Shown: positions 41,332 through 55,171, counted from the stretch's first letter. The stretch: DNA of 64,000 nucleotides from Amoeboaphelidium protococcarum X5 (GCA_023515725.1 JALDTO010000208.1:233391-297390); one strand, 5' to 3'. Notes: a model not told the origin generated them from the sequence alone. Made by a program: numbers and translations.

Positions 41332-43287
41332 ATGTCTGAATTTAATCAAAATAGCATTGTGATTGACGTTAATCCGGACATTGTTTCAACTCCTGACAAT
41401 CAGTCCTTGGCGATGGAGACGGTGGGTCAGTCCAAATCTAGATCTACTGATCCCTCTGCAGTCGATCAGCATGAACCTATCACTCTGTCTTGGTCAAATG
41501 TTTCGTACTCGGTTGATGTTGGTGGATAGAAGAAGCGTACACTTTTGCAGGATGTCAGCGGTATCGTAAAGCCCGGAGAAGTAGTAGCCATAATGGGTGC
41601 ATCAGGAGCAGGAAAGTCAACACTTCTTAATGTTCTGGCTGGCAGAATTGGCGCTGGTGATTTAAATGGCGAAATATTGGTGAATGGACGTCCAAGAAAT
41701 CCTAGTAATTGGAGAAATGTTATGGCCTTTGTTGAGCAGGATGATCTGCTATTCGATAATCTCACAGTGAAAGAGACCATTTTATACTCTGCCAGATTGC
41801 GTCTCCCTAGTAATGCAGCAGGTAATAAGAAGAAGGATTTTGAGGATAAGAAGCGCCTCGTTGATGACATTATCCAAGAGTTATCACTTACCAAGTGTCA
41901 GGATACAAAGATTGGTGGCACGGAGAAGAGGGGTATCTCGGGAGGTGAGAGGAAGAGAGTTAGTATTGCCGTGGAACTGATCACCCAGCCAAAGCTTCTA
42001 TTTCTGGATGAACCTACATCAGGTCTGGATGCTTTCACTGCCTCTAATATAGTTAGCACAGTGAAGAAGTTGGCAGTTGACAGTAATCGCGCTGTGATTA
42101 TGACTATTCACTAGCCTCGTGAGTACATTTTAACTCTGTTCGATAAGCTGATTCTACTGAGTGAAGGTAAGACTGTGTACTTTGGACCGGTGTAGGGAGC
42201 TATTTAGCAATTTCAGAATTGTGGGTTCTCTATTCCTCCTAATACTAATCCGGCAGACTTCTTCTTGGATTTGATGACGATTGATATGCGGTCTGAGAAA
42301 CTAAAGCAGGAGTCTATTGAACGTAATCGTGTGCTACAAGAAGCCTGGTAAGCTGAGCCACCGCAAGTTGTTAAATAATCTAGCCGTACGGACATTGATC
42401 GTACTAAAGATAAAATGCAGGGTAATTCTTGGGCTAATTCATTTGTTCATGAGTATTTTATTCTTCTGGAACGTAACGTAAAGGATGTCATGAGGGACAA
42501 GATCACATTATTCGCCACGATCGCTCAAGGTGTTATCAACGCAATCATTATTGGATTTATATTCTTTCGGATGGACACCTCTTTTGCTGGAATTCAGAAC
42601 AGAATTGGTTCTCTGTTTTTGATCATTATCAATCAGACATTTGGTAATGTCATGCCTGTCATCGCAGTGTTCACTCTATAAAAAGCTATAGTGAAGAAGG
42701 AGCGCGCCGCTGGTACATTCAGGGCAATTAGTGCCTATTTGGCAAAGATATCTTCCTAAATACCGTTGGCTCTGTTCGGTACTCTGGTGTTCTGTGTGCC
42801 CATTTATTGGATGCTCGGTCTGTAGGCAACTGCAGTTCGCTTCTTTACATTTGTGGCCATTCTGTGTTTACACACTGTTGTGGCGACACTGCTCGGTATT
42901 GCAATCTCTTCTGGTGCGCCATCAGTCAGAGTTGGTCAAATCATTGCACCACTCTCGATCATTGTGTTTATGATATTCGCCGGTCAACTGGTTAATGTTG
43001 ACTCTGTGACAGTTGTCCTTCGCTGGATAAAGTACACTAGTTTTGTCAGGTACTCATACTCTGCCATAGCTGTGAATGAATTTAGCGGTCTCAACTTTGA
43101 ATGTCCAACGCCTGTGCCTGGATGTGTTCAGACAGGTTAGAGTATTCTTGATTAGTTCTCTCTGGTGGCATTCCCGAGTTCATTATGGTATTGTCTACTT
43201 GTAAATGCTGGCATTGCATTCATCTTCTTGATTGGTGGTTATCTATTGTTTGAGCTAAAGTCTCGCCCATTAATGCGCTTAAAGTGA
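41332..43287 (+). CDS. ABCG (White-type) half transporter
   Basis: GASGAGKS, ISGGERKRV, LFLDEPTSGLD, TIH(TAG=Q)PR, NPADF, C-terminal TMD. Confidence 0.95.
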
Positions 43288-43466
43288 TTATTAAAAGCTG
43301 GTACTTTGTCATTATACGATTGCATTTTAGTGTGACAGGATGACTTAATATAACTCTATCATTAAAATGGTAAATATATCTTTAAAATTCAGGGCATCAC
43401 GCAACATTTAGCAATATTATAAGTTTATTATAGCCTCATCAACAGCTGAATCAATCAATCAATTAA

Positions 43467-44796
43467 TCATCTTGGTGGTACCATCGGTCTATTCAACGCT
43501 TCATTGCTCTTCTTCACCGGTGGCAGAGGAGCGGGCCTTCGACCGGCCGGTGGACTAATTTTCATTTTACTTGTGCCACTTGTAAGGCTAAATTAATTCG
43601 CAATTGAGGTTCCTGTCGATGCGCCACTGTGATAAATCTTCACCGACTGTACAAATGGTCTCGGTTGAGGTAGATCTCCCACCTCATGAAACTTCCATCT
43701 ACCCTCACTTTCAAAGGATCCACCATGTGCATTCTGTTATTACCGCGCCTGCGATGATGAACTAGTTGAAGATACCACTGAAATTTATGGTATAGCTGAT
43801 GCTTATTGATTTCTGCTAGGAGTAGGCGGAGCAGGTGCTTTCCTCTCCATTGGAGGTGTCTTGACAGGTGTACGATTAGGAACGGGTGGAGGCACTTTCG
43901 GAGGCGCCACCGACGCAAATGGCAATGATGGAGGACCGGACAGAGCAGGTGCAGCTGGCTGTACAGGCCTCGAAGGTGGTACAGGTGGCGGGGCTCGCTT
44001 GCCAGGTACACTACTCCTACGAGACATATCCTCCTGGGATCTATTGACAGATTCTGCTGAAGGCGATTTAAGCATCGTCAACGGTGGACCTGCGGGTTCA
44101 TTAAACTTTTCTACATTAATCGCAAATTCATAAACACAATACAATTCAGCAATTAATAATATATCTATGCAACAAAACATACCTTTAGATACTGCCGGCT
44201 TAGGCATAGTGGGAGGAGGTACAGCGGGTGGTTTCCTACCGCTTACAGGGGGAGGACCTGTAGGAACAGCTGAGGTGGTAGCAGGAGCAGGCTTAACCAT
44301 TCCAGGCACAGGGCCAGGTCGAGCAGGAAGTGCAAACGCTGGCTTACTTGGAGAACTAGCGCTAGCTCCACTATTACCATTTGATAAATTACTACTTCCA
44401 TTTGAATCCAATTTCTCATTTGATTTTTTAGTCGACTTCAACTTGGGCATACCACCAGCAAACAATCCACCCAATTATGGAGCACCACCACTAGCTGGCA
44501 ATGCAGAAGATCCTCCTCCACCTGTACTTTGAGTCGCAGAACTATTCTTGGGTGCTACATTAAGTCATAATCACATGTATAAAAAATATACTTGATATTA
44601 AAGTCATTATAATTATTATCCAACCTTCAATAACAGGTGCAGACTTATCAACAGTTTCCACATTTTTCAACTTGGCTCCCTTCTAAATCTACTTTAGCAA
44701 TTAATTTCTATCTTTACCAGCAGGTGGTGGAGCACTTGAAGCCTCAAATTTAGGTACTGGAGGAGCAGCAGGTGGCGGTGGAGGTCCTGGTGACAT
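43467..44796 (-). CDS. VRP1: Verprolin/WIP (WH2 domains, proline-rich), two probable introns
   Basis: MSPGPPPPP, RNQLLKQIQKGAKLKNVETVDKSAP, LGGLFAGGMPKLK, C-terminal WKFHEVGDLPQPRPF. Confidence 0.88.
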
Positions 44797-45127
44797 TTTT
44801 CGACAATTGATTTGATAATTTAAGGCTTTAACGTTAAACAAAGAGAGAACAATCAATCACAGGAGAGAATGAATGAATGAATGATCAGCGCTCAAAATTT
44901 CTCTCCAATCGCGGAATGAAAAGAGAAAACGCTCTTGAATCGAAATTCGAATGATGACGAATTGTCCAAGTAAACTTACCAGGAAAGATGTTCATCATTT
45001 CATGGTGCATATTCAAGATAAAAATTGATTGCTTTATTATCATAATTAAGGTGCAATGTTATATCTTCATCTTGCTAAATAAGAAGTATGCATGTTCAAA
45101 TCAATCTATTTATTCTATACTATTCAA

Positions 45128-46270
45128 TCAAATATCATCAAGTTCAACGAGAGGCTTTTTAGGCTTTGAGCGCTTCATAGTGCCGCCCTTCTTCTCAGCA
45201 GGCTTTGCTTTAGTGCTTTGGGACATGGTGGATGCGCGTTTGCTGCGATCATCAGCTCTAGTGTCCTTTCTCAGTGAGGATTAAGTTCTAGAGGCTTTCT
45301 TGAAGTCTGAGACTGACATTCTCTTCACAATACGATCTGCATCTGAATCGGTAGTAGTGTCTGAACCAGTCACGGATTCATCATCGTCATCAGAGTCAAC
45401 ATTACGTTTAGCCATCAAGTCGCGCTTGGTCAAACTTGAGCGTCTCTCATTCTTGGCCTAGGTGGAATTGGTTGGAGCCTTCTTGGCATCCTTCTCACCA
45501 TCCTTTGTAGTAGTAGCAGGCTTCTGAGTCATTTTACTCTTTGCAGCAGGAGAAGCAGTAGTTGAAGCAGCGGCAGTCTTACCAGCTTTACTAAATGGCG
45601 CATATCCCTTGTTGTTACTTGGCACAGTGGCACCATCACCACCAGCATCTGGTCTCTTCTCACCGAACCAACCGGCGCGGTTACTACTTCTTGCCATAGC
45701 CTCCTCCTGGGCCTCGATATCTTGAGCATTAGATGGCACCTTCTTGATACGCATAAAGAAGAAATAACCCATACCGACGACAACCAGAATGATACCAACC
45801 ATCACAGGCCAGAATGTTGCAGGTGGATACGCACCAAGTGGGCCCAAATTGACATAACCATCAGGTGCACCATCGGAAGTTGGCATGACAGTACCAGCAG
45901 TATCGAATCCTTTACACCAGGTAGCACTCTCACAAGTCTCACCATTGGCCTTCACAGTTACCTGCGGCATTCCATTAGAGTTACCTGGAGTGAACAAGGT
46001 GAATGTACCATTGAAGATGGATGACGCGCCATACGAACAAGTGAAATCAAATGCACTTGTACCAGATTTGCAAGATCTTGGAGACCCCTTGACCAGATAA
46101 GATGCTGGAAATACAATGGATATATTTGAGTTTGTCTTTAGAGTTGAGACAATAGCCAGATTCAAGTCGAAGTTGCTAACAGACAGGAATTTTGGGGATG
46201 GAGTGTAACAACACGCGCCATACACCGAGGAGATCAATGCAGCAGCAGACACCACAAAATGCTTCAACAT
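45128..46270 (-). CDS. Type I membrane protein (signal peptide, Cys-containing ectodomain, TM, basic tail)
   Basis: Track ORF 45458-46270 extended through TAG to TGA at 45128. Confidence 0.8.
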
Positions 46271-46907
46271 TTTATTATTTAGGGTGATATATATTTATTT
46301 AGTTGAAGGTATTTATATAAAGGAAGAAGAAAGGGATAGAGATGTTGAACAGCTTAAGAGCATTAGAGCAGGTATTGTATTTATAGTAACATCTCATTCT
46401 AAATGCGGAGCAACTGATGCTAAAACGAGAATATCTATCTACTTGCGTGTGATCTATATATAGACCAATCTCATTGATCTATAATGAATACAGTATAATG
46501 AAAAAGGTAGAAAAAAAGTCATTATTAAATAATGAAGTCTAGTCTAAGTGACAGTCAAATAAAAGGTGGACCGAATATTAAGTAATTAAGACTATTCGAG
46601 TGTAATATGCCTATTAAGTCGAGCGTCCTCCTGAGACAAAAGCCGACATTTAATAATACAGCAGTGTTGATAAAAGCACTTGATGCAAGACCACGTTGAT
46701 CAAATTCAGGCACTTGGAGAGCTGAAACATGTTGTAGAACACTGGCGACAATGGAGCGTTTCAATCAATGACTTGTCCTCAAAAGGGGCGATCGCTGATC
46801 AGTAAGATCATTTTGATAGAAACGGATAGAACCTTGGCGAAAGTGTTTCTGAAAAAAGTCCTCTGCATTTTTAGTCATCTCGTTCACACCTAGTATTAAC
46901 TAACGAA

Positions 46908-48515
46908 ATGGAAATAGTGGCAAATTAAGTTTACAAAAAGATAATCACAGAGGCTTAATCTGATAAAGCTCCTCAGCCAGGCGATGAAGTGCGCGTGCTG
47001 TACGTTGGTAGATTAGAGGGCAGTGATGAGGTGTTTGACTCTAGCTAGAACCGCGATTCTCCATTCAAATTTACTCTGGGCACAAAGCAGGTCATACAAG
47101 GATGGGAGGAGGCAGTGGCGACAATGAAGGTGGGAGAGAAGAGCCAGTTTACTATTAAGCCCGAATATGGATATGGCTCGAATGGTGCACCGCCTAGCAT
47201 CCCCGGTAATGCTACTTTGGTGTTTGATATCGAGCTACTTGGTTTTAGAGGTGCCAATGATCTTACTGATGATGGGAAAGTACAGCTGGTAATTACATTG
47301 AAGTGTGAGGATGAATGGAGACATGCACGCGATGGGTGGGAGAGTAAACTACTGTTAAATGGAGGCGCGGAGAAGGTGGTCAAAGTCAATGATGAGTTGT
47401 AGCCTCTAGGTGAATAGAAAGAAGCTTATTTGTGGTCTCTTGTGGCTAAGAAGTTGAAACGTGGTGAGAAAGCACAATTGATTATTGAAGCTGGATATAT
47501 CAATGAGGGATAAGAAGCACTTAACATTAAGGTTGAATGCTTGCAGATTGTGGAAATTGATGATGTATTAGAATCTGAGTTTGATGGCCAGTATAAAAAT
47601 CTTGTTTATCGAAAGATTCTGCAGGAAGGTGACAAGTATGACCGTCCAAAGGAAGGGCACAGTGCTACTCTCTAATTGACTGCCTTTGCTGTCATGTCTG
47701 ATGGCGGTTAAGAGGTTGAGTTGTATCGCGACGATGCTCCTCGTTCAGTGCAATTGGGTAGTGGCCAATTACCAGAAGCTGTAGAGTTTGCGTTGTTGAA
47801 GATGAAGCGCGGTGAGTTGGCTGAAGTCACTTCTCCAATCTCTTTTGGATGGGGCTCATCATAGTTGAAAGATTCCATTTAGATTCCAAGTGACGCGTCG
47901 ACTTTAAAGTTTATGGTGTAACTTGTTGATTTTGAAGAGGAGAAGAATTTGTGGAAGATGGAAGCTGCTGATAAAGTTGAGCATGCTACTTTACTGAAGA
48001 ATTATGGTAATCATCAATTTAAAGATGGAAAGTTGCGTCTTGCTGTAAAGTATTACTCGAAAGTGCTTGACGTGTTGAAGGCGGATAAGAAAAAGCTGGA
48101 GGAGGACTCTGCAGTGAAAGATAAAGTTTTGGCTTTGCAATAATCAGTTCGTCTGAATCTGGCTGCTTGCTATTTGAAATTTGAAGATTATCTACTGGTA
48201 ATTGAACAATGCGAAAATGCCTTAAAGTTGAATTTAGATCCTACTTAACGCTGTAAAGCTCTGTACAGACGCGCCCAGGCGTATTTTATGCGGTAGGAGT
48301 ATGATGAGGCTCGTCGTGACTGTATGACAATCTTGGAAGTGGATGCAGAGAACATTGACGGCAAGCGCTTGCTAAGCAATGTGAACTTGAAGTTGAAAGC
48401 CCTGATAAGCAAGTAGAGAGCCGTGTATGGCAACTTATTTCAGAAGGTGAGTTTGACTGGCGATATTGAAGTAAGTAAATCCGACAAGGAGAATGTTGGA
48501 GTTGTTGGATAATGA
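46908..48515 (+). CDS. Multi-FKBP plus TPR immunophilin (FKBP52/ROF1-like Hsp90 co-chaperone)
   Basis: VFDSS..FTLGTKQVIQGWE..YGYG..IPGNATLVFDIELL; later FKBP domain; TPR LKNYGN..NLAACYLK..KALYRRAQA. Confidence 0.9.
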
Positions 48516-48636
48516 ATACAGTTTGGATTGTTATCCTCTTTATTTTTTACACGTTTTAATCGCGTTTTGACTTTTAAACTGCTTTAGTTTTGAGTGTCTC
48601 TTCGACCTCTACGATCTCGTATAGTGGCTCTATCTA

Positions 48637-49295
48637 ATGACTTTATCAGCTACAGCATTAAAAAACCTGGCGGTTAAGCCCAACGTGGCGCGTGCTGCTT
48701 TTGTTGCAAAATCAGCCAACATTATTGGCAATGTCAGTCTTGCTAAAGGTTCAAGTGTCTACTACAACGCTGTAATTCGCGGTGACATTAACCATATCTC
48801 AATTGGTGAGCGATCTAATGTTCAGGACAATGTCTGTATTCACGTAAATAGAATATCTGTGTTATACAAGTTGTTATTTTCAATATCACCGTAGTGTAGG
48901 TGACTAGAAAGTATCCAACTGTAGTGGGTGAGGGGGTCTCAATCGGCCACTCTGCAGTGCTTCATGGATGCCGAATCGGAGATGACTGCCTCATTGGAAT
49001 GGGTGCAGTCGTGTTGGATGGCGCTTAAATAGGAAATTAAAGGTATAAAGTGTTTATAGTCATAATCATAATTAATAAATATTATATGGAGCGTTATCTT
49101 TGTAGTTTAGTAGCAGCAAATTCAACGGTGACTATGAACAAGACGTTCCCAGCGAGGTCTTTGATCATGGGGAGTCCTGCAAAACTGATTCGACAACTCA
49201 ATGATGAAGAGCTGGCCGATATTAAAGACAATGCTGCCCGATACGTTGAGTACTCTGCACATCATGCTTTATTGTAAAAGAACGAATAGTCTTGA
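48637..49295 (+). CDS. Gamma-carbonic-anhydrase/YrdA-like hexapeptide-repeat protein, introns ~48844-48899 and ~49043-49105
   Basis: [55 protein letters not shown]. Confidence 0.88.
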
Positions 49296-49438
49296 TATTA
49301 ATTTTTGAAAAATTGGTGGTGCAATCATCATATTTGATGCAGTCTGATTCCCACCTTTTCCTTTTGTTTCAACTATCGCTCGTTAACAGAATTAGTAGAC
49401 TGCATTAAAGTTCCAAGACCCGTAAACACCTGATTATT

Positions 49439-49837
49439 ATGCCAACGGTCAATAATTCTGCATAAAAGTCTGGCAGTAGTAATACTGCATAAAATAAAGC
49501 AAAATAAACTAAGGTAGATGATGATTGGGGAGATGAAGTCGATGCAACTTAGAGCCAAGGAAACCTGCCGAGTTACATAGGAGTGTTCATTGTGAAGAGT
49601 GATTATATTCCAACATCTAATAAGCATCTAACATTATTCAGGGATGAGCTGGTATACGTTTATAAAAAGTCATCCGACATTGAACCTGGATTTTGGGAGG
49701 TAAGATCATTTACGGTGATGACTCTTCAACAAACATACTGAATGCTTATTTATACATCATGTCGTCTTGTGTAGGGAGAGTGCAACAATCAATATGGCCC
49801 GTTCCCACCTGATCATGTCGCTGAGCATAAAATTTGA
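49439..49837 (+). CDS. Small SH3-domain protein, intron ~49700-49774
   Basis: VKSDYIPTSNKHLTLFRDELVYV..GFWE|GECNNQYGPFPPDHV; missing from the ORF track. Confidence 0.75.
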
Positions 49838-50168
49838 TAGTGTTGGTGACTCAGTTTTAAAAGAGAGATGAATATTGACGAACTGAGAAGGGAAATATAG
49901 ATGATGATTATAGTTTACAGTGATTACAGTTAAGGGCGACTTTCTGTTTCCATGTGTTGGCTTCCATTTTCCTTTGCGGGCCCCAATCTTCCGGGTGAAA
50001 CTGTTTCAGAATACAAAAGGCTGAAACGATGACGCGTCCACAATTCATCAAAACAAATTTTAATAACAAAAGTTGTAACGTCACCCGCTCTGTTTTGTTT
50101 TACTCTTTGTTCAAGTAAGTTGCAAGAATATTCATTTAACTTTGTACTTTGTAATTATTATAATAAGC

Positions 50169-51095
50169 ATGCAAAAGCTATTGATTGCAAGCGCCGTGGT
50201 GTTTGGTCTGATATCCGCTCAGAATCCTGGGAACCAATCTGATGCTGAGCTGGTGGACAGATTCTGTGATGACAAGCCTGTTGGTCTCTACTGTTCCCCT
50301 GTGTCCATCTTCTAGAAGATTGAGTGTCCTAGAAAGACCATCTTCACTTGTCCTAAAGCTCCGTTTGAGTTCTGTCAAGAGCGTGGTATCAAGCGCACGT
50401 CTGGATATCGTGCTGGTATCGCTCGCTGTGTTCCCAATGTTGGAAATGCATCTATTGTCGCCTACTGTGCTAATAAACCACCTGGCTCATACTGTTTCGG
50501 TGATAGATTGAACAATGTTCGTATCGAGTGTCCTCTGGGTCTGCTGTACAAGTGCGAGAATAATCCTGTACCGAACAGAGGTAAGAAGTGTGAGCAGTTG
50601 ACGCCTACTGTCGCTGTATGCTCATTCAACAATAGTACTGGTGGTGGTGGGTCTGGTAGCGGAACTACTCTATGTCCACCTGTCTATATCACTGTGATTC
50701 GCTCCTCTACAACCTACTCGACCGGCTCTACCTCAATTAACACTGGAACGCTGTTTCCTATCACCTCACCTGCTGCATCACCAACGGCCACTTCGTCTTC
50801 AGCTACTGAAACTAGTTCGTCAACTTCTACTGGTGACTATAGTCTATCTACTATTGTCAGAACGACTGTGGCTACTGAGACTCAGACTGGTGTAACGACT
50901 CTGTATCCAAGTGACTCACTGTCTCTAATCACTTCAACTCTGGCCACTACTCTGGTAGATACCACTGTGTTCTTCTCAACCATTACTACCGGAGTGGAAG
51001 AGACTGTCGTTGCAGGTGCAAATGATGATGGAGTGGTTTCCGTCACGTACGTGGTCCCGACTGATACTCCAATCAGCAGCATAGCCACACAATGA
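50169..51095 (+). CDS. Secreted protein with two Cys-rich modules and Ser/Thr-rich mucin-like tail
   Basis: Signal MQKLLIASAVVFGLISA; FCDDKPVGLYC..IECP..C and YCANKPPGSYC..IECP..C; S/T stalk. Confidence 0.8.
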
Positions 51096-51335
51096 GACCA
51101 AGCCTCTTGGTGAAGTTGTCACCCATACTGTTTGATTTTGCATTTTTATCATGTCTAGGTGCTCGTCGTAAAATTTTGTCTTCATATGTGATATGTTTTT
51201 AAATGAATGAAGTGGATGAAGAATTGATATTTGTTTTCAACTACCTATTATGATATTTTCGAGTCTACCTACCTATTTAAATCAGACGATAAAGACATAA
51301 ATAATGAAACTTTAATATCAATAACTTAATCAACC

Positions 51336-52726
51336 TCAATCAATGACTATCATTGAATCGCGTGAAGGACCAACGCCAATCCACTTTACAGGCACACCAA
51401 GAAGTGTCTCAATTCTACGGACATAATCTTGAGCATTCTTTGGTAACTCTGGAAACTTGCGACACTTTGATATATCCTACTTCCAGCCTGGTAAAGTCTC
51501 ATACACCACTTCAATGTTATCGAGTAAATGCAAATCAGATGGAAATGATTATAATTGCTGACCATTATGCTTATATGCAACGCCAATTTTCACCTCATCC
51601 AACTGATCTAGAACGTCCAGCTTTGTGAGATTAATACAAGTGTAATGATTAATCATGTGCGAATAATTGAGCACCACCATATCCAACCAACCGCATCTTC
51701 TCTTACGCCCGGTGGTCACACCATACTCGGCGCCAACATTCTACAAGTGCTCACCCACAGCGTTCAACTGCTCTGTAGCAAATGGACCGCCGCCAACACG
51801 CGTAGTGTATGCTTTGACCACACCAATGACATCGCCAACCCAGTGTGGAGATATGCCCAAGCCTGTACACACACCACCGACACAGGCATTAGAGGAAGTA
51901 ACAAATGGATACGTACCAAAGTCAAGATCTAACATCAGTGCGTTGGCTCCTTCTATCAATAAGGTCTTACCAGTCTGACTAATCTACTAATTCATAAAGT
52001 ACACGGTATCACATACAAATGGAAGCATCCGCTCGGCATAGTCTTTGTATCTCTGCAATTCCTGATCAATATCATATTCAAAATGACCATATCTTTTCCA
52101 TCGATTCTTGACAATAGTGCTGAATTTGACACAAAATTCAGTCTACTTCCACGCTTCAATGCTTGTATCACCACCATTTCTCCACTATTCATACGAGCGT
52201 ACTAGATGATGAAGTCTCAAGCCACTTCTACTAGCCTTAGAACTATACGCCGGACCAATTCCCTTCTTGGTAGTGCCGATGTTCTTACCACCCAACTCAA
52301 CCTCCTTCAACCCATCCACAATCTGATGAAAGTCAAACACCAGATGTGCACGCTCACTAACGTATAAACGACCTTGTACACTGATTCCACCATCGATAAG
52401 CTTCTACAGCTCATCAAAAAAGGATGGAATATGCACAACGACTCCATTTCCGATAACGTTAATTGCACTAGGAGATACTAGACCGGATGGGATAAGGTGA
52501 AAGTCGTACTTTTTCCCGCTCTCAGTAACAATAGTATGTCCGGCATTGTTACCACCTTATGCTCTCGCAACCACATCCGCCTTCTACGCCAATATATCAA
52601 CCAGCTTTCCCTACAATATATGATAATCACTTTAAATTAGAATCAAATCTCATTATAATACAACAAAGATATTACCTTTCCCTCATCGCCCCATTAAGAA
52701 CCAAGAACTACAGTGACTTTAGACAT
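51336..52726 (-). CDS. ADE12: Adenylosuccinate synthetase, intron ~52611-52675
   Basis: GS(TAA=Q)[55 protein letters not shown]. Confidence 0.97.
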
Positions 52727-53044
52727 CTCTGCCGATACACTAAAGATTGAAGTGTTCTGTATAGTTGATAAAGACAGAAAGGAGTAATGAAAGTGATCCC
52801 AGCTCGACTTCAAAGCAGAACAGCGCGTGCGTTTTCAATTCAACTATCTACGACCAGCTGAATGCGAAGAGCGAACCTTGAAGGGAACGACGCGACGTTG
52901 TAACTTCCAGTTGGTAGAGAAAAGCTCACAGCGATAACGGAGGTCGCCCTCTACTGAAAACGCGTCAAATCTAGGCAACTATTCCATCTGTTTAACAATT
53001 TCAGGTGCATCTGATAAAATAGAAATACTGAGAAGATATTCATA

Positions 53045-53494
53045 ATGGGAAAAGACGATATTGAGGTGGAAATTAATATGGCCAATATGGTGCCAATTGC
53101 ACATCCTTTCGCTGACTAGAAGCTTACAAAGAAGCTTTTTAAAGTGGTAAAGAAGGCTACAAAAGCTAAGCATGTCAAGAGAGGCGTGAAAGAAGTTGTC
53201 AAGGCAATCAGAAAAGGTGAGAAGGGTGTTGTCTGTATCGCTGGTGATGTCAGTCCTGTTGACGTGATCAGTCACTTGCCACTGCTCTGTGAAGATGCCG
53301 ATATTCCATATTGCTATGTATACTCGAAATCCGCGCTCGGTGCAGCAGGACTGAGTAAGAAATCCACATCAGTCATCATGGTGGCGGAGAAGTCAAAAGC
53401 TGGCACTGATTACGAGGAGTATTATGATAGTAGCGTCAAGGCTATCAAAGCAATGCCAATACTGCCTTCTCACCTTGCTGCTGCATAGATTTGA
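53045..53494 (+). CDS. NHP2: H/ACA snoRNP subunit Nhp2
   Basis: PIAHPFA, KRGVKEVVKAIRKGEKG, AGDVSPVDVISHLP. Confidence 0.92.
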
Positions 53495-53788
53495 ATTTGT
53501 GATCATGATATGATACGGCAGAAATTTGCTAATAAAGATTCTTTGATTAATATCTAGAGTACTAAAGAGTGTAAATTTACGCGTATATTTCATCTGCCTT
53601 ATTGGCAACTATTACTTACTATCTTACACCTCCTTTGTCTACTAAATTCAGCATAGCAACGGAGTCGACTTTGATCTACGATTAACTTCACTGCCCACAA
53701 TCATACACAACTTTTAATTCAACTTCTTTATCACAGAGAGATAGACTAAACAGGTGAAAATAATAACAATAGCTCTTATTCTCATATA

Positions 53789-55171
53789 ATGTCATCTCTG
53801 AATAAGTCTATCAACAGAGGTATTAAACATGCCTTCAGTCTTACTGACATTATGAGCGAGTCTATGCAGTCCATCATGATTCAGCAGCAGTAGCAATAGT
53901 CGTAATATCAAAACAACAATCCCCAGTCGGTAACAAAAGGAGGAGATGCTATGGACACTGCTGATGATGGGCTATAGGCGAATGGACACTTGGATACTGG
54001 TTTGTCTCCGGGCAGAAGAGGAAGTAACACTCAGGTATCTCCATAGAGTAGCAGTGGTAATAATAATGGATCAAAGTCTTCTAACAACAACCATCAGTAG
54101 AGTTAAAAGTGTGCTGTGTTTTGGGACTATGAGAACTGTCCTCCGCCTCAGGGAATGCCTGGGTACGTTGTAGTTGATAACTTGAGGCAGGTTATTCATC
54201 ACTTTGGACATATTGCTCAGTTCAAGGCTTACTTGGAGATCAATGACGTTAAATAATCTTCTGCTTAACAGTACTCTGAAAATTACAAGCGATTGCTTAG
54301 ATCTGAACTCCAATCGTCTGGTGTCAGTCTGACTGATGTCCCTCACAATGGCTAGAAGGATGCGGTGGATAAAATGATGATGATTGACATGATGGCCTTT
54401 GCTTTAGATCATCCGCAGTCCACTATTGTATTGATTTCAGGTGATAAAGATTTTGTGTACGCTCTATCAGTGCTCAGAAATAGAAAGTTTACAATTGTAC
54501 TGATCGTACCTAATCAAGGAGCGCACATCATCTTGAAGAGCCAGGCAAATGCAGTGCTAGAGTGGAAATATGACGTGTTGAATATGGATGTTTGGAATAT
54601 ATAGTAACAGCAAATCATCAACGAGAGTAATATATCGTACTAGAAAGTTGCATCCTTGAATTCAGAGAGTTCAAACTATGCCTCCATGCCAGCAAGTAAT
54701 GTTGTGTCTCCGTAGAATAAATAGTAGGTGAATGCGATCAACAAGTAATCTGATGCTGTTAAATCAACCTTGACTAAATAGCCTGCAAGTTCTCCATCAC
54801 TGAGAGTCCGTACAGAATCGTCTCCTGTTGCGCCGGATGTTAACTCTAAGGCTAAATCTAAAGTACAAGCCTAGATTGAACAAGAATACGCCGGACCAGT
54901 ATTTTCACCAATGGCACCTGGTTTCTTTGACTTGCTGATTGAGATTTTAGAAAAGGCTAGACTTGCGGGAGAGCCGAAGCCACGTAGATCTCGTGTAGGC
55001 AGTGAATTGACGCGTAGAAATCCTCTGTTGTATCACCGTGTGGGCTGTTCTAATTTTAAAGAGTATATTGAACTCGCAGTCACTGAAGGTATAGTTACTG
55101 TGGGCGGGGAAAAAGGTTTAGCTTGGATTCAGCTTAATGAAGATCATAAAGACAAGCTATACGCGTAATGA
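53789..55171 (+). CDS. NYN-domain ribonuclease (MARF1/LabA-like) with C-terminal winged-helix (LOTUS-like)
   Basis: VFWDYENC, KDAVDKMMMIDM, LISGDKDF; C-terminal VGSEL..NFKEYIELA. Confidence 0.85.

Noticed and set aside
49373-49627. Minus-strand membrane ORF
   Set aside because: Overlaps a more convincing spliced SH3 gene on the plus strand
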